The notes below the pieces were generated by a model that searched no databases, had not been told where the DNA came from, and worked only from the letters and a program-made list of their open reading frames with translations. Positions 19,216-28,357 of a stretch of DNA of 64,000 nt are shown here, piece after piece. Where the stretch lies: positions 1 to 64,000 of IMG/VR virus record IMGVR_UViG_3300031997_000620; one strand, written 5' to 3'. Each line of letters starts with the position of its first letter. The stretch's first letter is position 1. Source of the stretch: a virus. The position numbers were made by a program, and so were the translations under genes.

Positions 19216-19592
19216 TGACTAATTTCGAAAAGGTGAAAGAGTTTCATGATAAGTACAATGTTGGTAAGGTGTGGCAGTATCCAACTTTTCTTCCCGAGGG
19301 TCAAGCCCTGAATAGGGTACGCTTAATGAATGAAGAGCTGGCTGAAACGGTGAAGGCAATGGCAACTAAGAACATGGTCAACTTAGCCAAAGAACTAGCT
19401 GACCTTTTGTATGTGGTGTACGGAACTGCGGATGCATACGGCATTCCGATTGACGACGTGTTTAATGCGGTTCACATTTCAAACATGACAAAATCTAACG
19501 AAAAAGATGAAAGTGGAAAGGTCCAAAAAGGCGATAATTATACTGAGCCCAATATAGAGGAGGTGCTAAATGTTTATCGAAATCAACGGTAA
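19212..19592 (+). CDS. MazG-like / PRA-PH-like nucleotide pyrophosphohydrolase
   Basis: V.EFH, EELAE, KELADLLYVVYG, VHxSNMTK. Confidence 0.88.
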   Translation: MMTNFEKVKEFHDKYNVGKVWQYPTFLPEGQALNRVRLMNEELAETVKAMATKNMVNLAKELADLLYVVYGTADAYGIPIDDVFNAVHISNMTKSNEKDESGKVQKGDNYTEPNIEEVLNVYRNQR

Positions 19593-19998
19593 AGAAATTG
19601 AACTAAAGATCCAAGAGGATGTAGCAATTCCGGACGACGCTGTATCTCTTCAAAGAGAGGCTTGTAGAACCCCTGGCCTACTCGCCACCTACGGAGAGAT
19701 GCTTGCCGAGCTAAAGGCGAATAATGAAAGAGCTAAGTTTGCTATGGAAGAAATTTCTTCCTATGTGGCGGATGGTATCCGAAGCACGTCTACAGAGAAA
19801 CTGACAGTTGACAGGCTGAAGGAACTGGTTACTCTTGATAACCGCGTCAAGGATGCAAAGCTACTTTTTATTGCATCCTTGCGAAACATGCACGCAGTAG
19901 ACAATACGCTTCGTGCCCTTCACAAGAAGGTGGACATCATTACGACACTATTGTATCAGCACCGACAGGAAATGAAGAGTTATGGAAATACGATCTAA
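19570..19998 (+). CDS. UvsY-like recombination mediator
   Basis: Helical ~140-aa protein with a KLTV..LK..V motif, near SSB and RecA. Confidence 0.6.
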   Translation: MFIEINGKEIELKIQEDVAIPDDAVSLQREACRTPGLLATYGEMLAELKANNERAKFAMEEISSYVADGIRSTSTEKLTVDRLKELVTLDNRVKDAKLLFIASLRNMHAVDNTLRALHKKVDIITTLLYQHRQEMKSYGNTI

Positions 19999-20012
19999 CG
20001 AAAGGAGATCAA

Positions 20013-20339
20013 ATGACAACTAAACCTAAGACACTTGAACAACTTGACGAGGAAGTTGCCACTCTAGAGAACAATATAGACCGAGAGATTGACACCCTTC
20101 ATCGGATCATTGACGAAGCTAATGATCTAGTATCCGATGTTTTTAATATGGAAGACGAGCTTTTCAACATTCGGGACGAGTTGGAAGAACTACAAGCTAT
20201 AAAGGCTAAAGTAACCCAACGACTTGCTAAAAAGCCCTCAAAAGGTGATAATATGAAAGCCCCCAAGAAAAAGGTGGCTCCGAAAAAGAAGAAGGCAATT
20301 CCGAAGAAGAAGACACCCAAGAAAAGGAGCAAGAAATAA
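20013..20339 (+). CDS. acidic coiled coil with histone H1-like K/A/P tail
   Basis: D/E-rich N-terminus; PKKK repeats at the C-terminus. Confidence 0.6.
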   Translation: MTTKPKTLEQLDEEVATLENNIDREIDTLHRIIDEANDLVSDVFNMEDELFNIRDELEELQAIKAKVTQRLAKKPSKGDNMKAPKKKVAPKKKKAIPKKKTPKKRSKK

Positions 20340-21151
20340 TGGCATTCGAACATGGTAAGGTAAATCGAGACAGAGTAGCAGCAGAGAATCCGACTGAAGG
20401 TTCGGTAGAGTTCCGGCCTAAGGTGGGTACGTCACAGGTTCGTATCCTACCCCCGCACCCTACTTCCAATGTGTGGTTCCACAAGAGCAACGAGCATTGG
20501 GTAGACGGACATGGGTATGTCCCTTGTGGCCGTGGGTTTGGGCGTCCGTGCCCTATCTGTGAAGAAGGGGAGGCTCTCTATAGTAGCCAGATCGAAGAGA
20601 ATGTTAAGATGGCAATCAGCCTACGTCCTCGTGAACAGTATTACTACAACGTCATTGTATTCACTAGCGCAGACGGCAAGGTATCTCCCAAGGATGGGGT
20701 GCGCATCATGCGCACTGGAGTTAAGATCTTCAAGAACCTACGAAACTTGGACAATGACGAGGCAGGGGGTTGGGGCGACATGACCAACCCGGATACGGGA
20801 TTTAACGTATCCATCGCCCGTGCTGGTAATGCCCGCGAGAATACGGAGTATTCAGTTACTCCTGTTCCGAATCGCCAGAATAAGAGCCTTGAAGTTCAAC
20901 TTGCTGCACACGGAGTAGACCTGAATACGCTGGAGCTACTAAATCTTTCAGACTACGCTCAAATGCTGGCTCTAGAGTATGATGACCTGAAGACTAGGTT
21001 TGAGAATAAGCAGGTTGCCCCTGGATTCCCCGGTGGTCCCCGCCTCTCTCACCCGCATGTAGTAGGCACGTTGCCGGACATGCCGAAAGGGCTTTTTGAC
21101 CATCTAAAGAATGCCGGAGAGGTTGTACCTCCGCCGTTTATCGAGGAGTAA
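20339..21151 (+). CDS. gp32-like single-stranded DNA-binding protein
   Basis: VRILPP, H..., C..CPICE, YYYNVIV, T.Y.V.P; acidic end. Confidence 0.85.
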   Translation: MAFEHGKVNRDRVAAENPTEGSVEFRPKVGTSQVRILPPHPTSNVWFHKSNEHWVDGHGYVPCGRGFGRPCPICEEGEALYSSQIEENVKMAISLRPREQYYYNVIVFTSADGKVSPKDGVRIMRTGVKIFKNLRNLDNDEAGGWGDMTNPDTGFNVSIARAGNARENTEYSVTPVPNRQNKSLEVQLAAHGVDLNTLELLNLSDYAQMLALEYDDLKTRFENKQVAPGFPGGPRLSHPHVVGTLPDMPKGLFDHLKNAGEVVPPPFIEE

Positions 21152-21154
21152 ATA

Positions 21155-21496
21155 ATGAAATATACAATCATTATATTGTTTGCATTGCTAACTAATGGGG
21201 CACACGCGGCGTGCCCTCCGCAGCCAGCCGAAATCGTAGCCACCAACAACGAAATTTCCGTCTGCTCGGAAGAGCCTCTTACGGGAATAGACCTCAAAGT
21301 GGGGACGACGGCACTTCCCCGGATCGCACTTGCTGTACCCTCTGGTACACCCGTGCGCGTAATCGGACTCAACTCGTGTTCGGGAATGCTATCAGTTGCG
21401 GGAGTTAACGAAGCCGGAGTGGGACAGTGGGGTCTGCCGGTGAAGACGACCTTTCTTCCCTGCACAAATACCCGGGTCGGCGGACCCTTGCCCTAG
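21155..21496 (+). CDS. putative secreted protein
   Basis: Signal peptide ending in AHA; FN3-like SVAGVNEAGVG strand. Confidence 0.55.
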   Translation: MKYTIIILFALLTNGAHAACPPQPAEIVATNNEISVCSEEPLTGIDLKVGTTALPRIALAVPSGTPVRVIGLNSCSGMLSVAGVNEAGVGQWGLPVKTTFLPCTNTRVGGPLP

Positions 21497-21564
21497 TCCA
21501 TCGAGTTTTTTAAGTGGATTAGTTTCATTAACAACATTATTCGAATTAAAAAGGAGAACTAACA

Positions 21565-21891
21565 ATGGCACGAAGAACGCTTGCACTTACCGATCAGGAC
21601 AAGGCTGAAATGTTGAGACTATATGTCTCGGATAGGAAGGGTATCGTAGAAATTGGTAAGAAGTATGATATTAGCCCTTCTACAGTATCACGTTTCCTCA
21701 AGGTGCAGGGAGGAACTTTGCGTCCCCGAGGTACACGAAGTATCTCTAAAACGGAAGTTCTAGTTAATCCTCTAGAGTCACACGAGCCTGAAGCACATCG
21801 GACGGAGTGCTTCCCGAAGGTTAGTGAGGAAGAAGTTGTGACTTTTAATACAGAGGAAGACTCGACTCCCTATAATTACCCGCGTCTCTAG
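21565..21891 (+). CDS. HTH DNA-binding protein
   Basis: IVEIGKKYDISPSTVSRFLK helix-turn-helix. Confidence 0.75.
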   Translation: MARRTLALTDQDKAEMLRLYVSDRKGIVEIGKKYDISPSTVSRFLKVQGGTLRPRGTRSISKTEVLVNPLESHEPEAHRTECFPKVSEEEVVTFNTEEDSTPYNYPRL

Positions 21892-21963
21892 AAGTTACGC
21901 TCAAGTGTTCTCCCGTGCTTGAGGGCAGAGACAGTTAACGGGAGCCTTTACCTTAGGAGTATC

Positions 21964-23043
21964 ATGGGATTTTTCAATGAATTAGGTACGAAGATCAAAG
22001 ACGACGGCATGCTGACCTTTATCGACTCCTCTCAGACATTCGCAGGCTCCACAATCCCTTACGGAGTAAGAACAGGGGTGCCTATGCTAGATCTAGCCTT
22101 GGGCCGTCCTGGCTGGGCCGCAGGCAGAGTAGTAGAGCTATATGGGTTTGAGGGTTGTGGCAAGACTACGTTGGGGCTACATGCTATCGCCCAAGTACAG
22201 CGCATGGGAGGCATGGGCATATTCATTGACTCCGAGCTAACCTTCGATCCTTACAGAGCCAACCAAATTGGTGTCTCACAAAAATACGGTGAAGACTTTG
22301 CACGCATTGAAGCGCGCAGCGTGGAGGCAGGGTTTAGAGCAATCCAAGGAATTACGAATGCAATCAAGGAGTCAGGTGAAACTCGGCCTATGGTTGTCCT
22401 TTACGATTCAGTTACGGGGTCTAACCTAGAGTACAACATTACCCGACTTGCTGATAAGAAGAGCGGCTACGCATTTGGGGCAGCCGAACGCATTGGGCAG
22501 GAGGCTAAGTCAATTCGAACTGGCATGCGCACCATAGCCGCAGACATTTCGGCTACCAAGATTGTCCTGATCTTCATTAACCATGCAGTCGCTACAATCG
22601 CGGGAACTTACGCTAAAGCTTCGCAAGCGGCAGGCGGTCACGCTATCAAACTGTTTGCCAGCACCCGTTGCGAACTCAAAAAGTCTACTAAGATCAAGGA
22701 CTCCGATAAAAATCTTCTTGGTGCGGAGACGAACATCTTCATCGAGAAGAGCAAGGTAGGAGGAGTATCAATCGAAAACGTCAAGGTAGAGCTAATGAAT
22801 ACCTATGGCTTCGATACGGTTGGCAACCTCCTAGAAGCGGCCAAGGAATCCGGTATGGTGGAATGGCCCGCTAAGGCAAAGACAGGAACGCTTAAGTTCA
22901 TAGATCCGGGCCGTGTAGTCAGTAAAGCTGATTGGGGCCAATTTGTCGAAGAGTCTGGGGGGGTTGACGAAGTGTACAGTCAATTCTACAGGTGGTGCTT
23001 TCAAAATGGCTTAATGCGACCTTATGGAGAAGTTAGTGGGTAA
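21964..23043 (+). CDS. recA: RecA/UvsX-like recombinase
   Basis: TG...LDLALG, ELYGFEGCGKTT, FIDSE, YDSV, LIFINH, GGHAIKLFAS. Confidence 0.92.
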   Translation: MGFFNELGTKIKDDGMLTFIDSSQTFAGSTIPYGVRTGVPMLDLALGRPGWAAGRVVELYGFEGCGKTTLGLHAIAQVQRMGGMGIFIDSELTFDPYRANQIGVSQKYGEDFARIEARSVEAGFRAIQGITNAIKESGETRPMVVLYDSVTGSNLEYNITRLADKKSGYAFGAAERIGQEAKSIRTGMRTIAADISATKIVLIFINHAVATIAGTYAKASQAAGGHAIKLFASTRCELKKSTKIKDSDKNLLGAETNIFIEKSKVGGVSIENVKVELMNTYGFDTVGNLLEAAKESGMVEWPAKAKTGTLKFIDPGRVVSKADWGQFVEESGGVDEVYSQFYRWCFQNGLMRPYGEVSG

Positions 23044-24136
23044 GTTTGCTGTCTATAGTGATCTGCATATTCACCCTTGGGAATACGGTGCGACAGAAGA
23101 TACCTATGGGAGCAATACCAGACTACGAGAACAGTATTTCTTTCTGTACCAATTAGGTAAATACTGCAAAGAAAACAACATCATGGAGCTTTTCTTTTGT
23201 GGAGATTTTTTTCATACCCACGGGAGAGTTGCTACAAACGCACTGTTTCTAGGCACACAAGGTCTTCGTTATATCGCCGCCCAAGGAGTAAGTCAGTGGC
23301 TTATAGTAGGGAATCATGATATTTCGAAAAACTTTAAGGACACGTTTCCATTAGAGCCTAATTCACTAGAGCAGTTTTCTGTCTTTAGTAAGGTTGTATC
23401 TTCTCCTGTCATCGGCAAACACTTAACCCACCCTAATATCCTTGTTTCGATGATCCCTTTTACCGAAAGTGCTTCATTGCTCGCAACTAACTTGGAGAGG
23501 GTTAGAAGGGTGTCTGATAAACATCCTCATTATTTGTTCCTTCATCAAGGCGTAGCAAAGGCCCCTATGGGGTCGGGGTACTTGATTGACGAAATCCTAA
23601 CGCCTGCAATGATTCCTGATAACGTAACTAGGGCGTTCACCGGGCATTATCACACCCACCAAGACCTGGGAAAGCTTGTGATCGTTGGCCCCCCCATGCA
23701 GCATACTTGGGCGGATACCAAAGAAGAAGGTGGCATCTTGGTTGTAGATACGGAGACAGGCGAATTTACTCGGCAACAAATCCATGACAATCCTAAGTTT
23801 GTAAACGTAGAGGCGGGGTTCCTAAGGGCTCTTTCTAATCTAGCAGAATCCGATGATCTTCGCGATATCGTGTATGAAAACTTCATTCGAGTCAATAACG
23901 TGTTCGATATGTCAGTGGAAAAAGCCGAAGCCCTTAAAGGGAGTCTGCTCGATCTCGGCGCTCATTCTGTTGAACTGAAGTTCATGGAGAAGAACAGTAA
24001 TCCCCTTGACAAAGAAAGCTCCAAATTTCTTAGTATGGAAGAGCTACTAGGAGAATTCGAAAAAGGTTTAACAGATCGGCAGCGACAAATTGGAGAAGAG
24101 TTGAGGAAGGGGTCATATGAAGTTCCTAAGTCTTAG
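23024..24136 (+). CDS. SbcD/Mre11-like nuclease
   Basis: SDLH, GDFFH, GNHD, GHYH; next to the SbcC gene. Confidence 0.9.
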   Translation: MEKLVGKFAVYSDLHIHPWEYGATEDTYGSNTRLREQYFFLYQLGKYCKENNIMELFFCGDFFHTHGRVATNALFLGTQGLRYIAAQGVSQWLIVGNHDISKNFKDTFPLEPNSLEQFSVFSKVVSSPVIGKHLTHPNILVSMIPFTESASLLATNLERVRRVSDKHPHYLFLHQGVAKAPMGSGYLIDEILTPAMIPDNVTRAFTGHYHTHQDLGKLVIVGPPMQHTWADTKEEGGILVVDTETGEFTRQQIHDNPKFVNVEAGFLRALSNLAESDDLRDIVYENFIRVNNVFDMSVEKAEALKGSLLDLGAHSVELKFMEKNSNPLDKESSKFLSMEELLGEFEKGLTDRQRQIGEELRKGSYEVPKS

Positions 24137-25946
24137 CGGAATTGGGCTATTCTCGTTTGCCTCATTCGCTGTCGATCTAAACAATAAGGGCCTTGTCCTA
24201 GTTACAGGACGATCCCTCGATGAAGGGTCTAGTAATGGTTCAGGTAAGAGTAGTCTCATTAACAAAAGTTTACTCTGGGCGCTATTCGGCCAAACTGCGG
24301 AGGGGCTGAAGTCAGATGAAGTTCTTAACCGCCACCTAGGGGATACAGATGGCAGGGCTACCCTGGTATTTAGGATTGGCAAAGCCACATATAGGATTGA
24401 AAGAACTCGTACTAGAAAAGGAGTAACTAAACTAGACTTTTTTCAAAATGGGAAAAGCATATCCACCCGTGACGTGCGCTCGACCCAAGAGATGATTAAC
24501 CGCACCATCGGTAGAGATATCAATTCATTTATCCAGACAGATTTCTTTGGACAAGGGAACAGTTTTCCTTTTATGAAGCTGTCACCGTCAGGGCAAAAGG
24601 AGGTGTTGGAACGAATTCTTCCTTTTGAACATTTGAACGAATGGTTAGCGAATACTAAGCTCGCGAAGCGAGAAGTCGCCACGGTGAAGTTGGCTGCGGA
24701 GATAGAAGTAAATAAGGCCCTGGCGGCTCAGGACGCGCTTCAGGCGCAGCGTTCTAGCATCGAAAGGCAGCACACTGCATGGGAGTTTCAGAAGGCCAAC
24801 ACGACAAAGAAGCTAACTAACGAAGTGAACATTTTAAGGCTAGCTCCGGAAAAAGCCGAAATTGAAACCATCAAAAAGCAGCTTACTAGGGTAACTGCTG
24901 GATGGGACATAAGTTCTTTTGACATGCGGATTATGAATACGATCCAAGAGAACGCTAAGTTAACTACAAAGATTGCATCTTACAAGGCAGAATCTCATAT
25001 TGCTAATACGGAGCTTTATACTCTTCGGACCATGCTCGACGATTCAACCTGCCCCACTTGCAAGCAGGCAGTCATTATTCCAGAAGCAGAGAAGTCACAC
25101 AATCAAGCTAGAATGGCGAGGTTGCTTTTTGAGAAAGAGTCATTGACAAATAGCATTGACGTTTGCATCACCATAATGGGCATCAACACTGCAAACATCA
25201 ATGAATGGAAAACAGTCAAAGCCACCTATGATAAAATGGTTTCACGACTTGTAGAATTGGGGGAGGAAGAGAGTACAAGCAAGATTAAACAAATTGAAGA
25301 ACAATTATGTGGAGTTGTAGCCTCAACAAATCCCTATGTTCAAACCCTTGTAGATATTGATAGTACGATTGCAGCACACAAGTTCGCAGTCTTAGCGTTT
25401 CAAGCAAAAGTGGCGATAATTATAGAGGAGGAGGAATCCGTTCTTCTGTGGGAGAAAGCATACTCCAAAGACCTAAGACTGCTCCTTTACGATAGGGTGT
25501 GTCCTTTCCTGGCTGAAAGGGCTAACCATCACCTACAAGCCTTGAACAATGCACAGATTACGGTAAACTTTTCAACTACGGCGCAGCTAAAAGACTCCTC
25601 GACCAAAGAAGAGTTTTCTGCGACAGCCTTATCTTCTACGGGTGGAGGATCTTATTCTCTACTCTCGGGAGGAGAGCAGCAGATGGTAGACTTTTCTGTA
25701 GGGCTCGCCCTAGCGGATCTAGCTGCTACCCAAGTAAAGTCTCGAAGCAACTTGCTAATCTTGGACGAACCCTTCGTGGGGCTTGATGATAGAAATAGTG
25801 AATCAGTTATCTCATACTTGAAAGAAGAACTAGCAAAGATTAAGAGTACGATTTTTTTAGTGAGCAATGAAGAAACCTTAAAAGGACTTATTCCAAATAG
25901 AGTCTACGTGGAGAAAACAAATGGCATCTCGCAAGTTGTCGCCTAG
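24117..25946 (+). CDS. SbcC/Rad50-like ATPase
   Basis: SNGSGKS, Q-loop, CPTC hook, LSGGE, ILDEP. Confidence 0.92.
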   Translation: MKFLSLSGIGLFSFASFAVDLNNKGLVLVTGRSLDEGSSNGSGKSSLINKSLLWALFGQTAEGLKSDEVLNRHLGDTDGRATLVFRIGKATYRIERTRTRKGVTKLDFFQNGKSISTRDVRSTQEMINRTIGRDINSFIQTDFFGQGNSFPFMKLSPSGQKEVLERILPFEHLNEWLANTKLAKREVATVKLAAEIEVNKALAAQDALQAQRSSIERQHTAWEFQKANTTKKLTNEVNILRLAPEKAEIETIKKQLTRVTAGWDISSFDMRIMNTIQENAKLTTKIASYKAESHIANTELYTLRTMLDDSTCPTCKQAVIIPEAEKSHNQARMARLLFEKESLTNSIDVCITIMGINTANINEWKTVKATYDKMVSRLVELGEEESTSKIKQIEEQLCGVVASTNPYVQTLVDIDSTIAAHKFAVLAFQAKVAIIIEEEESVLLWEKAYSKDLRLLLYDRVCPFLAERANHHLQALNNAQITVNFSTTAQLKDSSTKEEFSATALSSTGGGSYSLLSGGEQQMVDFSVGLALADLAATQVKSRSNLLILDEPFVGLDDRNSESVISYLKEELAKIKSTIFLVSNEETLKGLIPNRVYVEKTNGISQVVA

Positions 25947-26571
25947 AAAGACTGGACTTACAGAGGATGAACAAAGATTATGTGCTCTCCACGACTATTC
26001 AGTCGATGTGAACACGAGAAGGATCTATCTGACTGATGAAATTGAGGGGTATGCTTGTAGTGAGTTCGTCAAGGATCTTCACTATCTTGAATCTAAGGAT
26101 TCGAAGAAGCCTGTTACGATCTTCGTCAATAGCCCTGGAGGCAGCGTTGACCAGATGTTTTTCGTCTACGATGCGATGAAATCGTGTCGATGCCCGGTAG
26201 TTACTGTTGGCACCGGGGGTATCTACTCAGCCGCAGGGCTAATCCTTGTCTCTGGGGATCTTCGCATCGCTACTCCCAACTCATTCTTCATGGCGCACCA
26301 AATGCAAAACCTTATTGTTGGTGCCGATAATGAAATTGAGGCACAAGTGGCTATTGGAAAAAAGTTTAGAAATAAGTTTTGGGAGATCATGAGCAAGCAT
26401 ACTAAGATCACCGCGGCTGTATGGGCAAAGCAAGCAGTTAACAAAGGCGAGATTTGGTATGATGCCGAGGAAATGAAAGAGCATGGGATTGTAGATCACA
26501 TCCTACAAGTATCTGAAACTGTTGAGCAAGCTATCGAACAGTTTGAGTTTTCTGAAAAACGGATTAGTTAG
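25921..26571 (+). CDS. clpP: ClpP-family serine protease
   Basis: NSPGG, YSAA catalytic Ser, MAHQ, G.VD. Confidence 0.88.
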   Translation: MASRKLSPRKTGLTEDEQRLCALHDYSVDVNTRRIYLTDEIEGYACSEFVKDLHYLESKDSKKPVTIFVNSPGGSVDQMFFVYDAMKSCRCPVVTVGTGGIYSAAGLILVSGDLRIATPNSFFMAHQMQNLIVGADNEIEAQVAIGKKFRNKFWEIMSKHTKITAAVWAKQAVNKGEIWYDAEEMKEHGIVDHILQVSETVEQAIEQFEFSEKRIS

Positions 26572-26939
26572 TGCCTATCAAACCCCAGTCCGCTAAGAGT
26601 AAGGGTCGCATCCTGCAACAGCGAATTGCTGCCATGCTCACCGAAATCTTTGATCTAGAAGAAGGAGATCTTGTTAGCAGACCGATGGGCTCAGGGGGTG
26701 CCGATCTTATGGCGAGTCCCGCAGCTCGAAAGAAGTTTCCCGCTACTGTGGAATGCAAAAATACCAAGAAGGTTCCTGCGATGGACGAGATTAGACAGGC
26801 GAGCTACAATGCCTTTAAGGACACTCTACCTCTCGTTGCATGGAAGCCTCCGCGTGTACTCTATGATGATACCCTAGTAGTAATGAGGCTCAAAGACTTT
26901 GCCGAATGGTGGAAGAAGAACGGGCATAACAATGGCTAA
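26571..26939 (+). CDS. Holliday junction resolvase (PD-(D/E)xK)
   Basis: SAKSKGR..Q, GSGGADL, VECKN. Confidence 0.85.
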   Translation: MPIKPQSAKSKGRILQQRIAAMLTEIFDLEEGDLVSRPMGSGGADLMASPAARKKFPATVECKNTKKVPAMDEIRQASYNAFKDTLPLVAWKPPRVLYDDTLVVMRLKDFAEWWKKNGHNNG

Positions 26940-27783
26940 GAAAGTAACAGTACAAGCACCTACTGGCAAGGCAGCCTTATGGCTCATTCTTCCCGACATT
27001 CACTTCCCCGACCATGAGCAGCAAGCTCTAGAGATTGTAAAGAAGGTAGCTAGCACTCTTAAGCCTACGAACACTCTACTACTAGGGGATGTACTAGATT
27101 GTGGAATCTTCTCCAAGCACGATATGAAGGCAGTTAGAGAGCTAGCAGACTATGACTATCAAAAGCTAGAGGTTGATCCTTGTAATCAATTCCTAGACTT
27201 CATCCAAGACCATACAACTGGGATGACTCACTTCTTGGAAGGGAACCATGAACAGCGAATTGAGAGGTGGGCCGTAGACGCCGGGAGAGTGGGGCAAGAG
27301 ATTTACAAGCTTATCGCCCCTAAAGAAACAGTGGGGAAAAGAAATGGTGTTTATCGCAAAAAGTTTAACATGGTTCCATACGACGTTGCGACTGGAAATC
27401 GAATGGGTTTCGTACAGATCGTTCAAGATCACCCTAAAATGGATACGGGAGGTTTGGTAGCAGTTCACGGTTGGTCATGGGCTAAGAACGCTGCCCGTGT
27501 TCACCTTGAGAAGAGCAGAAGCCAATCCATTGTATACGGGCACACGCATCGGGCGCAAATGGAAGCAAGTAGAGATCCCTGGACAGGAAAGACTATCATA
27601 GCCTTCAATCCTGGCACCCTCTCGAAACTTCAACCTCTATACCAAACTGGAGGAAACCCGAGCGAATGGTCACATGGCTTCGCTTTGATCTATGTGGGCG
27701 CTACGAGCTGGACGCAGTATATTATCCCGATCAACAAGAAAGGATCTTGTGTGCTGCCGGATGGCAGGGAGGTAAGAGCATAA
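26932..27783 (+). CDS. calcineurin-like metallophosphoesterase
   Basis: PDIH, LGDVLD, GNHE, HG, GHTHR. Confidence 0.88.
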   Translation: MAKKVTVQAPTGKAALWLILPDIHFPDHEQQALEIVKKVASTLKPTNTLLLGDVLDCGIFSKHDMKAVRELADYDYQKLEVDPCNQFLDFIQDHTTGMTHFLEGNHEQRIERWAVDAGRVGQEIYKLIAPKETVGKRNGVYRKKFNMVPYDVATGNRMGFVQIVQDHPKMDTGGLVAVHGWSWAKNAARVHLEKSRSQSIVYGHTHRAQMEASRDPWTGKTIIAFNPGTLSKLQPLYQTGGNPSEWSHGFALIYVGATSWTQYIIPINKKGSCVLPDGREVRA

Positions 27784-28073
27784 TGTCCTTAACAAGATCA
27801 GAAGCCATCTCCTTTCTTCGAAAATATCGTAAAGCAGTTCGGATCAACATTGACCACAACAGTAGTTTGAGTGACCTTTTTTCTAAGATTTTAGTTCATC
27901 CTGACATGTATGACGAGCTAACTTTTGGTCTAGAAATACCGCGAAGGCATGTTGTTCTATTTGAAGGAACACCTTTACAGTCGTGTGCGGATCTACCCTA
28001 TGGCTCTATCTTCTATGTCCCAAAGTTTATGACGGTAGAGATTTCCGTTGTAGCCCCCGAAAAGATAAACTAA
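27783..28073 (+). CDS. hypothetical protein
   Basis: TAATG coupling at both ends. Confidence 0.5.
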   Translation: MSLTRSEAISFLRKYRKAVRINIDHNSSLSDLFSKILVHPDMYDELTFGLEIPRRHVVLFEGTPLQSCADLPYGSIFYVPKFMTVEISVVAPEKIN

Positions 28074-28357
28074 TGCCGGACTCTGATTGGTGGGATTTAG
28101 AATATGATACGATGAATCCTTTCACATTTCCTGATTTACATGATGAAATGAGGTACGATCCAAAACTACACGAAATAAAGCCAGTAATAGTTTATTGCTG
28201 TGCTTGTTGGAAGGTAATCGATAAATTAGAAACTCACGTCCTTAAGACGCTCTATTTTGGGTGGCACATGACCAAAGAATGTTTAATAGATCTAGAGAAT
28301 TGGGTTGCAGATGAACGTCAAAGGAGAGAAGACAAGATATGGAACGTGAAGAAGTAA
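28073..28357 (+). CDS. hypothetical protein
   Basis: Coupled ORF; CCACW...H...C. Confidence 0.5.
   Translation: MPDSDWWDLEYDTMNPFTFPDLHDEMRYDPKLHEIKPVIVYCCACWKVIDKLETHVLKTLYFGWHMTKECLIDLENWVADERQRREDKIWNVKK

Noticed and set aside
20420-20460. tRNA-like 3' half (CAGGTTCGTATCCT...CGCACC); the antisense ORF reads GGRIRT
   Set aside because: It lies inside the SSB gene (VRILPP motif), the T-stem pairs only 3 bp, and there are no D or anticodon arms.
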